Positions 1 through 11,500 of a DNA stretch of 64,000 nt are shown piece by piece. Position 1 is the first letter of the stretch. Each line of letters begins with the position of its first letter. Position numbers and translations under genes: made by a program. The notes beneath the pieces were generated by a model. The model was not told the origin of the DNA. It worked only from the letters and a program-made list of their open reading frames with translations, and did not search any database. The stretch is from the IMG/VR virus record IMGVR_UViG_3300034073_005389, positions 124,001 to 188,000 of that record. One strand, given 5' to 3'.

Positions 1-61
1 TTAATTGTTCTGGTTCAACTACTGAGAGTATTTTACCATCGCCATGTTTAATAAAAGCCAT
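1..61 (-). CDS. hypothetical protein, 5' part only (runs off the window)
   Basis: Manual translation MAFIKHGDGKILSVVEPEQL..., with a GAGG RBS just upstream, directly after the stop of 73..726. Confidence 0.55.
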   Translation of the reverse strand, partial: MAFIKHGDGKILSVVEPEQL

Positions 62-72
62 ATAAACCTCGA

Positions 73-726
73 CTATCCTTGCACTAAGTTATTACGTTCT
101 TTAATAGTATCATTTAATTGATCTTCTCTTCTATTAAATAATTCTAATATTAATGGTTTTTTGTGTTCTAATTTCATATTTAATTCATCGCCAACGGCAT
201 CTACCCAGCTGCTAGCTAAAATGTTTTCTTGAACATATGAAATAATTCTTTCTTCTACTAATTTATCTATTTCTTCAGATTTGTCTTGAATTTTTTCAAT
301 GGAAGAGACAATGTTTTTAGTAAATTCTTTAGAATTTAAATCATCAAATAAATCTACGAAATCATTTACAGCTTCTTCTAGTTCATCTACTGAATTAATA
401 TATGATTTCATTATTTTAATAATTTGAGTATCAGAGCCGAAAGTTTGCATAACTTTTACACATTTAAAAGCGACTTGTTTAAAGTCGTTAAAGTTTTTAA
501 CAGACTCATCACGATATCTTCTAATAGCGGCTCTGGTTTTAATAATTTCTTCAGTAGGAACTTCTGGGTTATCTTTAAAAGATGTTTTCATGATATTCAA
601 ATGATCACTTGCTTTTTTCAATTTTTTATTAGCATAATTAAAGCAAATAATAGCATTTTTTGCCTGATGCTTTTCAGCAACAGTCACGTCATAGCTCATT
701 TGAACAGAAGCGGCATTTTTTTTCAT
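73..726 (-). CDS. hypothetical helical protein, probably virion/head-associated
   Basis: 217-aa ORF in the structural operon; N-terminal MKKNAA fits the K-x-A motif of neighbouring genes. Confidence 0.8.
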   Translation of the reverse strand: MKKNAASVQMSYDVTVAEKHQAKNAIICFNYANKKLKKASDHLNIMKTSFKDNPEVPTEEIIKTRAAIRRYRDESVKNFNDFKQVAFKCVKVMQTFGSDTQIIKIMKSYINSVDELEEAVNDFVDLFDDLNSKEFTKNIVSSIEKIQDKSEEIDKLVEERIISYVQENILASSWVDAVGDELNMKLEHKKPLILELFNRREDQLNDTIKERNNLVQG

Positions 727-746
727 AATAATATTGTGTTTTATGC

Positions 747-1520
747 CTAATCATAAAAGAAGCCAGAGTAGTTTTCTACTGGACCTACTCCACGAATTCC
801 TGCATCGTTATTAAATAATCCTACTAAAGGTACTATATCTTTGTTTTCAGCAGGTTGTACAGGTCTATTATAATTTTCTCTAGTAGGAGATTGATCATTT
901 ATATACACATACAATGCATCCATAGGATATTGCCTTGTAGGAGTTAAATATGGGGCGAATGATCCTCGTCTGCCTTCATCTAAAAAAGTGTCTCTATTAT
1001 CTGAAATATATTCTCTTTGATTAGATACAATATTAGATCCATCTAATTTAGACATTAAATTATCTTTTTCTAATTTAGAGTTTCTAATTAATTTTTTAAA
1101 CAAAGTAACGACTTTAGGATCTAAACCAACTCCAAATCCTAATGAAACGGCTTCATTAATAGCATCTTCTGGGTCCATTCCTAAATATTTTGTTTTAAAT
1201 AATCCAATTAATAATCCAGTGCGGTCTTTTCCTGCATGACAATGTACGAAAGTAGGAGCATTATCTAATAAAAGTTCTTTTAGATTAAATTTTAATAATT
1301 TGAAAATATCTTCATATAAAGAATCAAATTCAATTGGAATAATAACTTGTTCAATATCTAATAGTTTACAAGCTCTTGAAATTCTATCAGCATCTAGTTG
1401 ATCTAAGCTAATAATTTTATTAATTTTTAACTTTTCTTTTAATAAACGAACATCGTCAGGGCTAGGAGCACTGCCTCGAAATAATAAATTAGGGATTACT
1501 TCTACAAAGCGATGTATCAT
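747..1520 (-). CDS. protein tyrosine / dual-specificity phosphatase
   Basis: Intact CX5R P-loop (FVHCHAGKDRTG), N-terminal LFRGSAP segment typical of the family, plus an unknown C-terminal extension. Confidence 0.88.
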   Translation of the reverse strand: MIHRFVEVIPNLLFRGSAPSPDDVRLLKEKLKINKIISLDQLDADRISRACKLLDIEQVIIPIEFDSLYEDIFKLLKFNLKELLLDNAPTFVHCHAGKDRTGLLIGLFKTKYLGMDPEDAINEAVSLGFGVGLDPKVVTLFKKLIRNSKLEKDNLMSKLDGSNIVSNQREYISDNRDTFLDEGRRGSFAPYLTPTRQYPMDALYVYINDQSPTRENYNRPVQPAENKDIVPLVGLFNNDAGIRGVGPVENYSGFFYD

Positions 1521-2254
1521 AAATACCTAACTAAGTTGTTAAGTACTTCTCTAATATACCTAGGATTATGGTTGAAAAGTACAGTTTTAACGAAGGTGAT
1601 TGATTGCCCTAAAGAAGATGAGGCGGGCATTTTTTTAGAACCTAGCTCATTTTCATTTAAATAATAAAATTTTTGTTTTAGTCTATTAATAGATTTTTGT
1701 CTTTTTGCTGGAGAGATTCTATTTAGGATAAATTTAACAATATTAGCTAAATAGTTGCCAACTGTTTTTGGATCACCTAAACTAGGTAGGGAGGCGGCTA
1801 CTTTGACTAATTTATTTTTTATTTTAATTTTATATAATTTTTTAAACTTTTTTAAAGCATGATCTAAGGCAACATTAGGAACATTCTTCATTTTGCTTTT
1901 AACAGCTTGATCAAAATAAAATTTATATTCTTTTATAAACTCATTAGCAATATCGGGATCAATTTTGTTTAATTCTCTCATGATAGCAGATAAAGAAAAG
2001 AACTTAATTTTAGATAAGTCTAATTCTTTTTTAGGCTTTAAATCTAAGGTATCTAAGTATTTAAAATATTCAACTTGTTTTAATCTTTTTTCAGCTGCCT
2101 TTTTAGAAGAAAAAGTACCTAAATTCCTATTTCTTTGAGAAAGGACTCTATATTTACCACTAGGCAATTTTTTTATTTTTGCAGATTTGACTATGGTATT
2201 CTGACAATGTTGTTGATAGATGTCAGATATTTTAACAAATTGATCTATTGTCAT
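1517..2254 (-). CDS. hypothetical phage protein
   Basis: 245-aa ORF with 4-nt overlaps to both neighbours; basic beta-hairpin-like segment GKYRVLSQRNRNLGTFSSKKAAEKRL; IVKSA and LVKVAA motifs. Confidence 0.8.
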   Translation of the reverse strand: MTIDQFVKISDIYQQHCQNTIVKSAKIKKLPSGKYRVLSQRNRNLGTFSSKKAAEKRLKQVEYFKYLDTLDLKPKKELDLSKIKFFSLSAIMRELNKIDPDIANEFIKEYKFYFDQAVKSKMKNVPNVALDHALKKFKKLYKIKIKNKLVKVAASLPSLGDPKTVGNYLANIVKFILNRISPAKRQKSINRLKQKFYYLNENELGSKKMPASSSLGQSITFVKTVLFNHNPRYIREVLNNLVRYL

Positions 2255-2652
2255 CTCCCAAAATTCTTTACTATTTCAGAGGCTTCTCTACTTCTTAAAA
2301 ACATATCTTCTAGGTTAACGCCATCGCATACGCTTAATGTTCTAATGGCTCTTTCACTAATAAACATTAATTTTCCTGTTTTTAATTGCTTATTGTTATC
2401 AACATAAGCAGCACTAATTACAAGACATTCTCGATATGCTCCAACAACTTTACCGCAAAAAACAGCTGGATATTCTATTGAAATTTGCTCAATAGATACT
2501 TGTTCATAAGCATCACCAAGATAAATCTCTACAAATTTATCTTTAAATAGTTCTGCTAAAAACTCAGCAAAAGTTTTACAAGAATTTTCTAATTTTTTAG
2601 ATAATTCTTGCACTTCGAATTCATTAACATGTTCCATGTTTTCCTCAAGCAA
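2251..2652 (-). CDS. hypothetical protein
   Basis: 133-aa ORF overlapping both neighbours in the operon. Confidence 0.75.
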   Translation of the reverse strand: MLEENMEHVNEFEVQELSKKLENSCKTFAEFLAELFKDKFVEIYLGDAYEQVSIEQISIEYPAVFCGKVVGAYRECLVISAAYVDNNKQLKTGKLMFISERAIRTLSVCDGVNLEDMFLRSREASEIVKNFGR

Positions 2653-3700
2653 ATTTAAGTAAAAATTTTCTACGATTAGAGTTAATTGCAGCAGAAGTTA
2701 ATTCTGTAATAGATGACTTTTTATTCAGTAAAATTTTTGCATTTATTTGATATTCTGGAGAGTCTTCTATTTTATTATTAAAATAATTGATATTTTTTTG
2801 TATAATTTCTTGTGCGGCTTGAACTGCTAAATATTTTGGAGCTGGGAAAGAAAAATTAATTTCTACTTTATTATTGTTTGAGTGAATGCTACAATTAGAA
2901 GAGAGTTCTTGTTCTAAATTAAAAGCCAATCTATTAGCAAATTCTATATTATTAACTATATCAGGAGAGCTGATTTTAATTAAAGCATGATAAGTTGGAA
3001 TATCAGATGCTGCAGACTCAAATTGTTTTATTAATTGTTCTACTTCATTAATATTTGAAGGCTCTTCTGATAATTGTTCTAATTCAGCCATAAAATTTTC
3101 TAATTGTGGTTGAGATAAATTTTTTTCTTCAATTATTTTTTCTATTTTTTGTTGATATTTAGGTAGATTATATTTTTTATAAAAATTTGTTAATCTTTCA
3201 GAATAAACTTCTGGAGGTGCAAGATAGTATTTAGCAGTTCTTTTTGATTTAGGGTCGCTAGACTTTTCTAATCCAGTTAATAATCCTTTAGAAAAATGGT
3301 AAGGATCTGGTTTAGCAGATTTAACTGCTTCCCAGGCATCTGGATATTTTTTCTTAATTAATTGTACATAGTCTCTGACTCCTGATTTTAAATCAGGGTA
3401 AGCTTTATATTTATTTTTAATTTTTTGACCAGGAATACCTGAAGTTTCTTCTACTGTTTTTTCATCAAAAACATATGGGTCATTACCAGTGGCAACAATA
3501 TGACCTACGTTATAATTGCTAATTAATTGAGCGTCACCTATTTCAAAAGCACTATGTGATAATAATAAAGTTAATTGTTCTTGGGTAGGAGGGACTCCTT
3601 CTATTTCAGCAAATACATCTGCAATAGTTTTAGCTAACTCCTCTATAGGAACAGGGGTTTTTTGTCTAGGAACAGATGGTCCGGCGCCTAATTTAAACAT
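2645..3700 (-). CDS. putative GH73/FlgJ-like peptidoglycan hydrolase (N-terminal domain) with unknown C-terminal domain
   Basis: SHSAFE(IG)...NYNVGHI...KYKAYPDLKSGVRDYVQLIKKKY...YYLAPPEVY follows the GH73 layout (catalytic Glu helix, NxxG, F/Y-x-x-Y-x-x-x-x-x-S/G, YxT-like motif). Confidence 0.55.
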   Translation of the reverse strand: MFKLGAGPSVPRQKTPVPIEELAKTIADVFAEIEGVPPTQEQLTLLLSHSAFEIGDAQLISNYNVGHIVATGNDPYVFDEKTVEETSGIPGQKIKNKYKAYPDLKSGVRDYVQLIKKKYPDAWEAVKSAKPDPYHFSKGLLTGLEKSSDPKSKRTAKYYLAPPEVYSERLTNFYKKYNLPKYQQKIEKIIEEKNLSQPQLENFMAELEQLSEEPSNINEVEQLIKQFESAASDIPTYHALIKISSPDIVNNIEFANRLAFNLEQELSSNCSIHSNNNKVEINFSFPAPKYLAVQAAQEIIQKNINYFNNKIEDSPEYQINAKILLNKKSSITELTSAAINSNRRKFLLKFA

Positions 3701-3710
3701 AATTTCCTTA

Positions 3711-5900
3711 TTATCTAATTCTAGATGCTATTCTATATAGACTGGTCGATAAGTTTTTGTTTTTATTTTGAATTAATTTAGCGTATTTCTTCATAAATGA
3801 AGAAACTAAGATAGGTGACTCAGAGGATAAAGATTGTAAAGTGTGCATAAAATTACTAATAAAAGCATTTGCTTCAAGTTCGTTGATTGGTATTTTTGAT
3901 AAAACTGTTGCAGTAACAAAAATTGAATCCTTTGGCAGAGAGAAAATTTCTCCAGAAATTTTAAAAACTTTACTATTTTCATCTGACATATTTTCGACAA
4001 GCGTAGCTTTGATAGGATCAGATGTCCCCACAATTGCATCAAATATTCCTTTAATAGAATATTCTATATCGTTAAAACTTTCAATATCTTTAAAATAATC
4101 ATTTAATTTTATTTTATTATTAAGATCTTCAACGACAGCCTGAATTTCTTTACCTTGAACATTTGCTATAAGTAATATGCTGTCTAAATTATTACTATCA
4201 GCAAATATATCTTTTTTAATTAAACGCTGATCGGGTTCAAGGACATCGTCAGAGTTAGTAGCTGGGTTTTCTTTAGCGGGTTCTAATTGTTCTTCAGGAG
4301 AGGGAGTATTTTCTTTTTCTTTTTCTTCTTTTGGATATATTAAATCATTTTTAGTTACAGAAGCTAAATAATTATTATATTTTATAGTAATTTTTCCAGT
4401 CACTGGATTATCATTAACTATTTTAACTGAGATATTTTCTTCTAAATCTCTAGTATCATTGTCAAAATTATTTTGTTTATCGATTAAAGATTCAGCAGAT
4501 CTACTTTGTAAAAAAATATTTTTTTTAAAAATATTTTTTTTAATTAATATATTATTCTCAGATTTAGGAGAATCTGGAGGCGATACCTCTGGAGGAGGTG
4601 CTTCTGGAGTGGGTTCTACGGCAGGCTCTACGGCAGGCACTTGTGGTTCTGCAGCAGCCTCTTGAACTTGTTTAGCGCCTTCATTTATTTGCTTAGCTGG
4701 AGTTGCCCCATCAACTTGCAATTCACTTACATCAACGTCTATCTCTTCACCTTCACTTTCTAATACAGCAGTATTATCATCATTTATCCTAGAAATAACT
4801 GCTTCTCTTTCATCACTTGTTTTTACAGGTGTACCAGGGGTTAAATCGCGTTGAGGAGAAGTATTTTGGTCAGGCAATAAAGAAGGCTGTGCCGCAGGGG
4901 CGCCTTTAGGTGCTGGTGGAGGTGCTACTACACCCGCATCTGCAACATTTGCTGCTAAAGCAGCAGAATCTACTGTCGGTTCAGATTCAGATTGCTGTAT
5001 TGCCTCTGGAGGAGCAATATCTTCCAATATATTATTTAAATTACTTTTATGTTTTTGAAAATTAGCGCTATTAATTACGCCAGAATATCTATCAACTTGA
5101 TCAATTATTGTTTTAGAAGCTTTGACATAATCTGCAATTTTTCTTTCTGCTCTAGCTCTAGACATAATATTGAGCTGATTTTGCAATACATTTAACAATC
5201 TATCTGAAGCAGATAAAACAGATCTAATATCGTTTCTTAAATCTTTACTTATTCCTGGTTGAATTCTTTCCCATAAATCTAAAGCAGATTTTCTTTGCAT
5301 TTTAGAAAATAAAGAACGAACCCAATTAATTAATCCTGCTTTTTTATAAAAGCCAGCTTTTTTAAATAATTTTTTGTTTTTAGAATAAGCAGTAACGGCA
5401 GGAACATCTTGTGATGGAATATATTTTGGATCTTTTGATTTAGTTAAAAATCTTAATACAGATTCTGCTTGTTCTTCGGTTAATGGGTCTGCTAGAGAAG
5501 AAAAATACTCTGCATTCAAAGAAACTATGATATGTTCTGCATTTTTTAATAATTGTGCACAGTATAGTACTTTTACATAAAACTGTTCTAAGTAAGAGAT
5601 AGAAACTAGATATTCTTTATTTTCATAAGCATCTTTAGCATTATCCAATATATTTTTAATAGGACCTGATGCTTCTGATAAATATGGTATTTGATCTCCA
5701 ATTTTTCTATTTAATAGAGTAGCTCTAACTTGATTATCTACTTCACGCAATTGGTTCATCATTGTACCAAAGACATTGCTTTTGCCTTCTAAATATCTGC
5801 CGCCTAAGAAAGTAAACTCTCTGAATCTATCAGAACGAGATCGTTCTTGGGCTACTTTTAATAAATTTTGATTGCGTGAAATAGTTGAAGATCTAGACAT
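3711..5900 (-). CDS. array paralogue 4 (729 aa), putative internal head/ejection protein
   Basis: Shares the N-terminal module (RATLL...GDQIPY...KEYLVSISYLEQFY) and C-terminal ESPI-V-SF-KKYA module with three adjacent ORFs. Confidence 0.85.
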   Translation of the reverse strand: MSRSSTISRNQNLLKVAQERSRSDRFREFTFLGGRYLEGKSNVFGTMMNQLREVDNQVRATLLNRKIGDQIPYLSEASGPIKNILDNAKDAYENKEYLVSISYLEQFYVKVLYCAQLLKNAEHIIVSLNAEYFSSLADPLTEEQAESVLRFLTKSKDPKYIPSQDVPAVTAYSKNKKLFKKAGFYKKAGLINWVRSLFSKMQRKSALDLWERIQPGISKDLRNDIRSVLSASDRLLNVLQNQLNIMSRARAERKIADYVKASKTIIDQVDRYSGVINSANFQKHKSNLNNILEDIAPPEAIQQSESEPTVDSAALAANVADAGVVAPPPAPKGAPAAQPSLLPDQNTSPQRDLTPGTPVKTSDEREAVISRINDDNTAVLESEGEEIDVDVSELQVDGATPAKQINEGAKQVQEAAAEPQVPAVEPAVEPTPEAPPPEVSPPDSPKSENNILIKKNIFKKNIFLQSRSAESLIDKQNNFDNDTRDLEENISVKIVNDNPVTGKITIKYNNYLASVTKNDLIYPKEEKEKENTPSPEEQLEPAKENPATNSDDVLEPDQRLIKKDIFADSNNLDSILLIANVQGKEIQAVVEDLNNKIKLNDYFKDIESFNDIEYSIKGIFDAIVGTSDPIKATLVENMSDENSKVFKISGEIFSLPKDSIFVTATVLSKIPINELEANAFISNFMHTLQSLSSESPILVSSFMKKYAKLIQNKNKNLSTSLYRIASRIR

Positions 5901-5931
5901 GTATAATCCCTTTTATCATATAAGGTAATAA

Positions 5932-8499
5932 TCACATTATTCTTTTAGAAATTTTCATTAATTTTTGAGATAAATGTTTGTTGTTGGTAAGACGAGCATA
6001 TTTCTTCATAAATGAAGAAACTATAATAGGTGACTCATGAGATAATGCTTCTAAAGTGTAAATAAAATTGCTTTGTTTGTTTTGGTTGTCCTTATTTTGT
6101 TTATATAAAGCAATAGGAATTTTCTTTTCTGGATTAGTTAATATTTTATTTCCATTAGCTTTAAAAGTTATAACTCTACCTTTATCATCTTTTTCAATAT
6201 TTTCAAGATCATCAGGTAATGTGTAAGTTAAATAATATTTTCCTATGTCATAAGTTTTTAAATCTACTGCGGCAACTTTTACAGGTATTCTGTCTGGTAT
6301 TTTGGATTGATATTTATCAAATAATTGTTTAGAAATATTTTCCCCATATTCATTAAATCCAAAAATTTCTATTCTATGATTAACAACATCAGATTTATTA
6401 ATTTCTACATCGCTATCAATATTATAAATCGGTATTTCGCTTTCTAATTGAGATTCATCTATCTCTTTTTCTGGTTCTTTTCCTTTTGTTGAAATTTCTA
6501 CATCGCTACTTAAAGTAACTATCAAATATTCATTTTGCATTTGTACTTTAACATTAACTCCAGTAAGATCGCCCCCGCTAAAAATATCAATATTTTCTAA
6601 AATAATTTTTCTTTCTTTTAAAGCCCTTCTTAATTTGCCAACAACTATTCTTATAGGATATGAGCTAAAAGTTAAATTAATTATTAACTTAGCTCCTTTT
6701 TCAGGCAGCGTATCAGGTATTCCAGACTCTTTATCAAATCTATTTTTAATTGAATTTAATTGTTCTAGTGTTACGCCATTAATTTCAGCATTTATACTTT
6801 TAATATTGCAGGTAGTAAACATACCTGCATTTTTATTTAAGTCTAGTTTATTATATTTAATTTTTATTCTACCAATATTAGATCTAGCTCCAAGGACCTC
6901 TACCTGACTACCAAGATCTAATTCTACTTCCGTCATATTAGTTTCATCTACAGGAGCAGGTGCGTCGCCAGTAGGATTTCCTTCAGGAGATGCTGGTTCG
7001 GCTGGTGAGGCACCACCAGCTTCACCGTCAGATCCTCCACCAGCTTCTCCACCAACACCAGCTTCTTCACCAACACCAGCTTCTCCACCAGCAGCTTCTC
7101 CACCAGCAGCTTCTGGAGCAGCTGGTACGCTTGGTTGTCTAGGAGGAGGTAAATTTACTCCGCCATTTTCAACAATTACTTGAGCATCTGCAGCTTCTAA
7201 TGGTATTTGCGCTACAGGAACAACTTGCTCTTGACCATTTTCCTTATTTTCTACAGTAGCTTGATTATTATCTACACTTTTTACAGTAAACAAGCCTCTA
7301 ATTCCATTTATAACACCCCTAAAAAATTTGCCAATTAAACCTTTAGCATCATTAGGAATAGCTGCTGCTGGTGGTGGTGTAGCAGGATCAGCGGCAGCTT
7401 GAGCTTGTTGTTGTTGAAGTTGTTGCTGTTGAGGAGCATTAGCTGCAGGAGCACTAGTATTAGTTGGATTTTCTACTTGTGCCGCTAATTGAGGAGTAGG
7501 TTGAGCTACATTAGAATTATCTTTAGCTGCTTGTGCTTGCGCAGGAGTAGCCATTTGCTCTAATATTTTATTTAAACTGTCTGTATGCTTATTAAAATTT
7601 GCATTAGTAATAGTTCCGGAATAATTAGTAACTTTATTAACTAAGTCTTGAGAAAAACGATCATAATCTGCTATTTTTCTACCTGCCCTAGCCTCAGACA
7701 TTTTATTTAAATTAGTTTGAAAATTATTTAATAACCTATCAGAAGCAGATAATACTGTCCTGATATCGCGACTTAATTGCTTGCCAGCTCCAGGTTGAAT
7801 TCTTTCCCATAAATTCAAAGCAGATAATCTAGAATCAAATAACTCTTTTACCCAATCAATTAATCCAGCTGTTTTATGAAATTGAGCCTGCTTCCTCATA
7901 TTATAATTAATAGAAGATAGAGCAGCTAAATCTTTTGCATTCTGCTCTTTCATTCTCTTAATTTCTTCTCTGACTTCTGGAGAAAGATATTGTTCATTTT
8001 TTTGTTCTATTAAATAATTATAAATTCTTCTTTTTTGATCATCGGTTAAATCTTCTGCTAATGCTTTAAAATATTCTGCATTTAAATTTTTATTAATTTC
8101 ACTTACATTTTTTAATACTTGAGCACAATATAAAACTTTTTGATAAAATTGCTCTAAATAAGAAATAGAAACTAAATATTCTTTATTTTCATAATTTTTC
8201 TTGGCAGATTCCAATAAATCTTTTGCAGAAACTTCTCCAGCATATGGAATTTGATCTCCATATTTTTTACCAAGAAGAGTAGCTCTGACTAAATTGTCAG
8301 CCTGTCTTAATTGACCCATCATAACGCCAAAAATTTGTGTTTTATTTTCTAATCTTTTACCACCAAAATTTGACCATTCCAAAAACCTATCCGTCCAACC
8401 CCTATCTTGAGCAGTAACTATAATTTGGTTTGAGGTTTGGGCTGAGCTATAAACTTTTTGACTTGCTTTATAAACATTTAATGATGAAGTTCTAGACAT
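5932..8499 (-). CDS. array paralogue 3 (about 855 aa), putative internal head/ejection protein
   Basis: Same conserved termini. Start moved from track position 8547 to 8499 (MSRTSS, AAGGA RBS, matches MSRSS start of paralogue 4). Confidence 0.85.
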   Translation of the reverse strand: MSRTSSLNVYKASQKVYSSAQTSNQIIVTAQDRGWTDRFLEWSNFGGKRLENKTQIFGVMMGQLRQADNLVRATLLGKKYGDQIPYAGEVSAKDLLESAKKNYENKEYLVSISYLEQFYQKVLYCAQVLKNVSEINKNLNAEYFKALAEDLTDDQKRRIYNYLIEQKNEQYLSPEVREEIKRMKEQNAKDLAALSSINYNMRKQAQFHKTAGLIDWVKELFDSRLSALNLWERIQPGAGKQLSRDIRTVLSASDRLLNNFQTNLNKMSEARAGRKIADYDRFSQDLVNKVTNYSGTITNANFNKHTDSLNKILEQMATPAQAQAAKDNSNVAQPTPQLAAQVENPTNTSAPAANAPQQQQLQQQQAQAAADPATPPPAAAIPNDAKGLIGKFFRGVINGIRGLFTVKSVDNNQATVENKENGQEQVVPVAQIPLEAADAQVIVENGGVNLPPPRQPSVPAAPEAAGGEAAGGEAGVGEEAGVGGEAGGGSDGEAGGASPAEPASPEGNPTGDAPAPVDETNMTEVELDLGSQVEVLGARSNIGRIKIKYNKLDLNKNAGMFTTCNIKSINAEINGVTLEQLNSIKNRFDKESGIPDTLPEKGAKLIINLTFSSYPIRIVVGKLRRALKERKIILENIDIFSGGDLTGVNVKVQMQNEYLIVTLSSDVEISTKGKEPEKEIDESQLESEIPIYNIDSDVEINKSDVVNHRIEIFGFNEYGENISKQLFDKYQSKIPDRIPVKVAAVDLKTYDIGKYYLTYTLPDDLENIEKDDKGRVITFKANGNKILTNPEKKIPIALYKQNKDNQNKQSNFIYTLEALSHESPIIVSSFMKKYARLTNNKHLSQKLMKISKRIM

Positions 8500-8543
8500 A
8501 AATTTTTCCTTATAAAAATCTAAATATAATATCAGATTATTAA

Positions 8544-11500
8544 TCAAACCATCATAGAAGCTATCTTTTTTAATTTATATGATATTTTTTTATTTTTCTT
8601 ATTAATTAAATTAGCGTACTTCCTAATAAAAGAAGCTACTATAATTGGAGATTCATAAGATAATTTTTCTAAAATATAAACAAAAGAAGCTTTTTTAGCG
8701 TTTTTGAGATCTTGCTCAGGAATTAAGGCAGTTAAAGTAGTTGGAGTATCAGATGTAGGATCTGCTATATCTGCCTCAACTAAATAATAAACTATATTAT
8801 CTATATTTTGCTTTTCTTTAATAGTTACTGTGATTGGATCATTTATATTATTAAGTATTTCTGGCAAACTTTTATGTTGTGGTTTTAAATTGTTAATAAA
8901 AATATTTTTACTAATACTTATTTTATCATTTACAGAAAATTTTATTTCTGATGAGATACTATCTGCTATAACTCTATAGTTATCTATTATTTTTTGTTGA
9001 TAATCTTTATTATTTGAACGCATCATCAATTCTTTAACTATTGTCTGAATTTCCCAAAGATGAGCGGTTGGTTCTAAGTTAAAAAACTTATAAGCTTTCT
9101 GTAATGGTGTAAGATCTTCTTCAGGCTCTACAGATGGAGCTACGGCAATTGTAGACTGTACACTTTGAGATCCATCAGGAATAGATTCAGAACCACCTTG
9201 AGATGATTCAAATTCTTGATAAATTTCTGGCATCATACTTCTTATGACATTAGGAAAGGCTCGTTCAGTAAAATTTTCAAATAACCCATATAATGGGCCA
9301 TATGTTTTATCTTGATAAAAAATAATAAAATCATATTTATCATTAGATGATGATAAAGAATATAATTCTGCTTGCAAATAATCCGGATTATTTACAATAT
9401 TTTCTTTTACTTCTCTTTTTACTTGTTCTTTTATATTTTTAACATCTTTAACATCTTTTAATTCTAAAATATTTTGTAAAGATGGCGACATTCCGGTTGT
9501 CAAATTTTCAAAAAAATATTCAGTAGGTATTTTTACATTTATTTTATTTGTTTTTAATTTTTCTTTAATTATATTATATAGTTTTTGTGCGGGACTTTGT
9601 TGTACAACGCTCGGTACACCTGAACTCTCATCAGGAATCGATACACCAACCTCACCACTGCTTAAAGTTGCAAATTGATTTAATTTGTTAAAACTAATTT
9701 CTATTTTAGGAGAATCAAATTTAGGTCCTAATACTGATTTTAAATCATTAATAATAACAAATGCTTTTTTGTTTTGTTCATCAATTGATTCTATTTTAAT
9801 TGTAACAATGTTTTTATCACTTAATGTAAAATGACTCAACTTCTCTGTACTTAAATCGTCCTCTGTTACTTTTTTATATCCCTTTTTTTCTAGATATAAT
9901 TGTAGCACATAATTATTTATTGCCGAGAAACCTTCTTTAGTATTAAAATCAAATAATTCTGCAACAGAAATACTTAAAATATCTCCTACTTTAAACTTAG
10001 ACTCTAATCCCTCTGCTCCAGGAATATCTGATGGCTCTTGACTTGGAACAGGAGTTTTAAATTTATTAAATTTATTTCTTATAAATTTATCAAAAAATTT
10101 ATCATATAATTTTTCATATTCTTGTAAAGAGTATTTTTTGCTTTGTTCAGGATCTTTTGCAATAATATCTTTAACTCTATCAATAGCGGCAAGTAATTCT
10201 GCTATCGGAATAGCTAAATTTGGATTTTCTATGTCATCATATTTATTTAAATTATTTAAAATAAAATTATTTTTATCTTTAATATACTGATCAAGATCTG
10301 CAACTCCTGATACATCAGGAGTTATTCCCGCGAGATTTGCTAATTTGCCAAATCTAATTCTTGCCTCATCTATTTCAATATTTTCTGGTGGTAAAGATAA
10401 TTGTTTGCCATCAGGAGTAATGACGGAAATTTGATTACTTTCCCTATCAATTCCTTGTATCTTAACTTCCTGCTCTTTACCATCAATAGTAGCCTTGGCT
10501 CCAGTATTTGCAGGTATTCCAATAAAATCTCTAAGAGAAATAACCGCCCTAGCAAACCAACTTTTATTAGGAATCGGTGGAACTGCATCTTGTAATGCTT
10601 TAGATGCCTCTGCTACAACCTCTACTGTAACAGGAGATAATTCTCCTGCTTGTTGTTTTGATAATTCTTCAATATTATCTAATTTTTGTTGCGCATCTTG
10701 CGCAGCATTAATAAGACTAGCCGCTGCCGCTTGTACTTGCTCAACCTTAGCCTTACCCATATTCTTAATAGATTTAATTAACCTATTAAAAAATCCAGCA
10801 GCCTCTCTAGCTTTAGGCTGATCTTGTTCTTGATTTAATTGTTCTTCAACTCGTTGTAAATCAGGTAATACTGCCTGTAATTGTTCAGGGGTTTTTCTAT
10901 CTAAATTTTCTAAATTTGCTTTAACTTCTGGCTTAATAGATAAATTAAGATCATTTAAATCAATTTCTATACTAGGAATGTTGGCTTCAGCTTGACCTAC
11001 TTGTCTAACTTGCTCAATACTCTGCTGTAAATTACTTAAAGAAGCCGCAGCTTGTTGAGCAGCTTCTTTAATTTCTGGAGTTGCTGGATTAGCAGCAGCT
11101 AATTGTTGTTGAGCAGCTTGTATTTGTGGTTGGGCTGCAACTACTGCTTGTACTACAGCAACTGTGGCGGCTGGAGTGGCAGGAGCAGCTGCAACTTGAG
11201 CAGGAGAGGGCGCTGGAGCAGAAGTATTAGAGTTATTTTTAACTTGAGCGGACAATTGTGAGCTTGGTGCGCTGGTAGTATTACCAACTTCTTTTTGTTG
11301 TTCTGGAGGAACAACATTATTTAAAATATTTTGCAATTGATCTGCATACTGACTAAAATTAACTCTATCAATAGAAGAAGAGTATTGATTTACTTGATCA
11401 ACAATATTTTTAGATGTTTTAACGTAATCTGCTACTTGTCTATCTATTCTGGCTTGAGACATCTTATTAAGATTAGTTTGTAAAACATTTAATAATCTAT

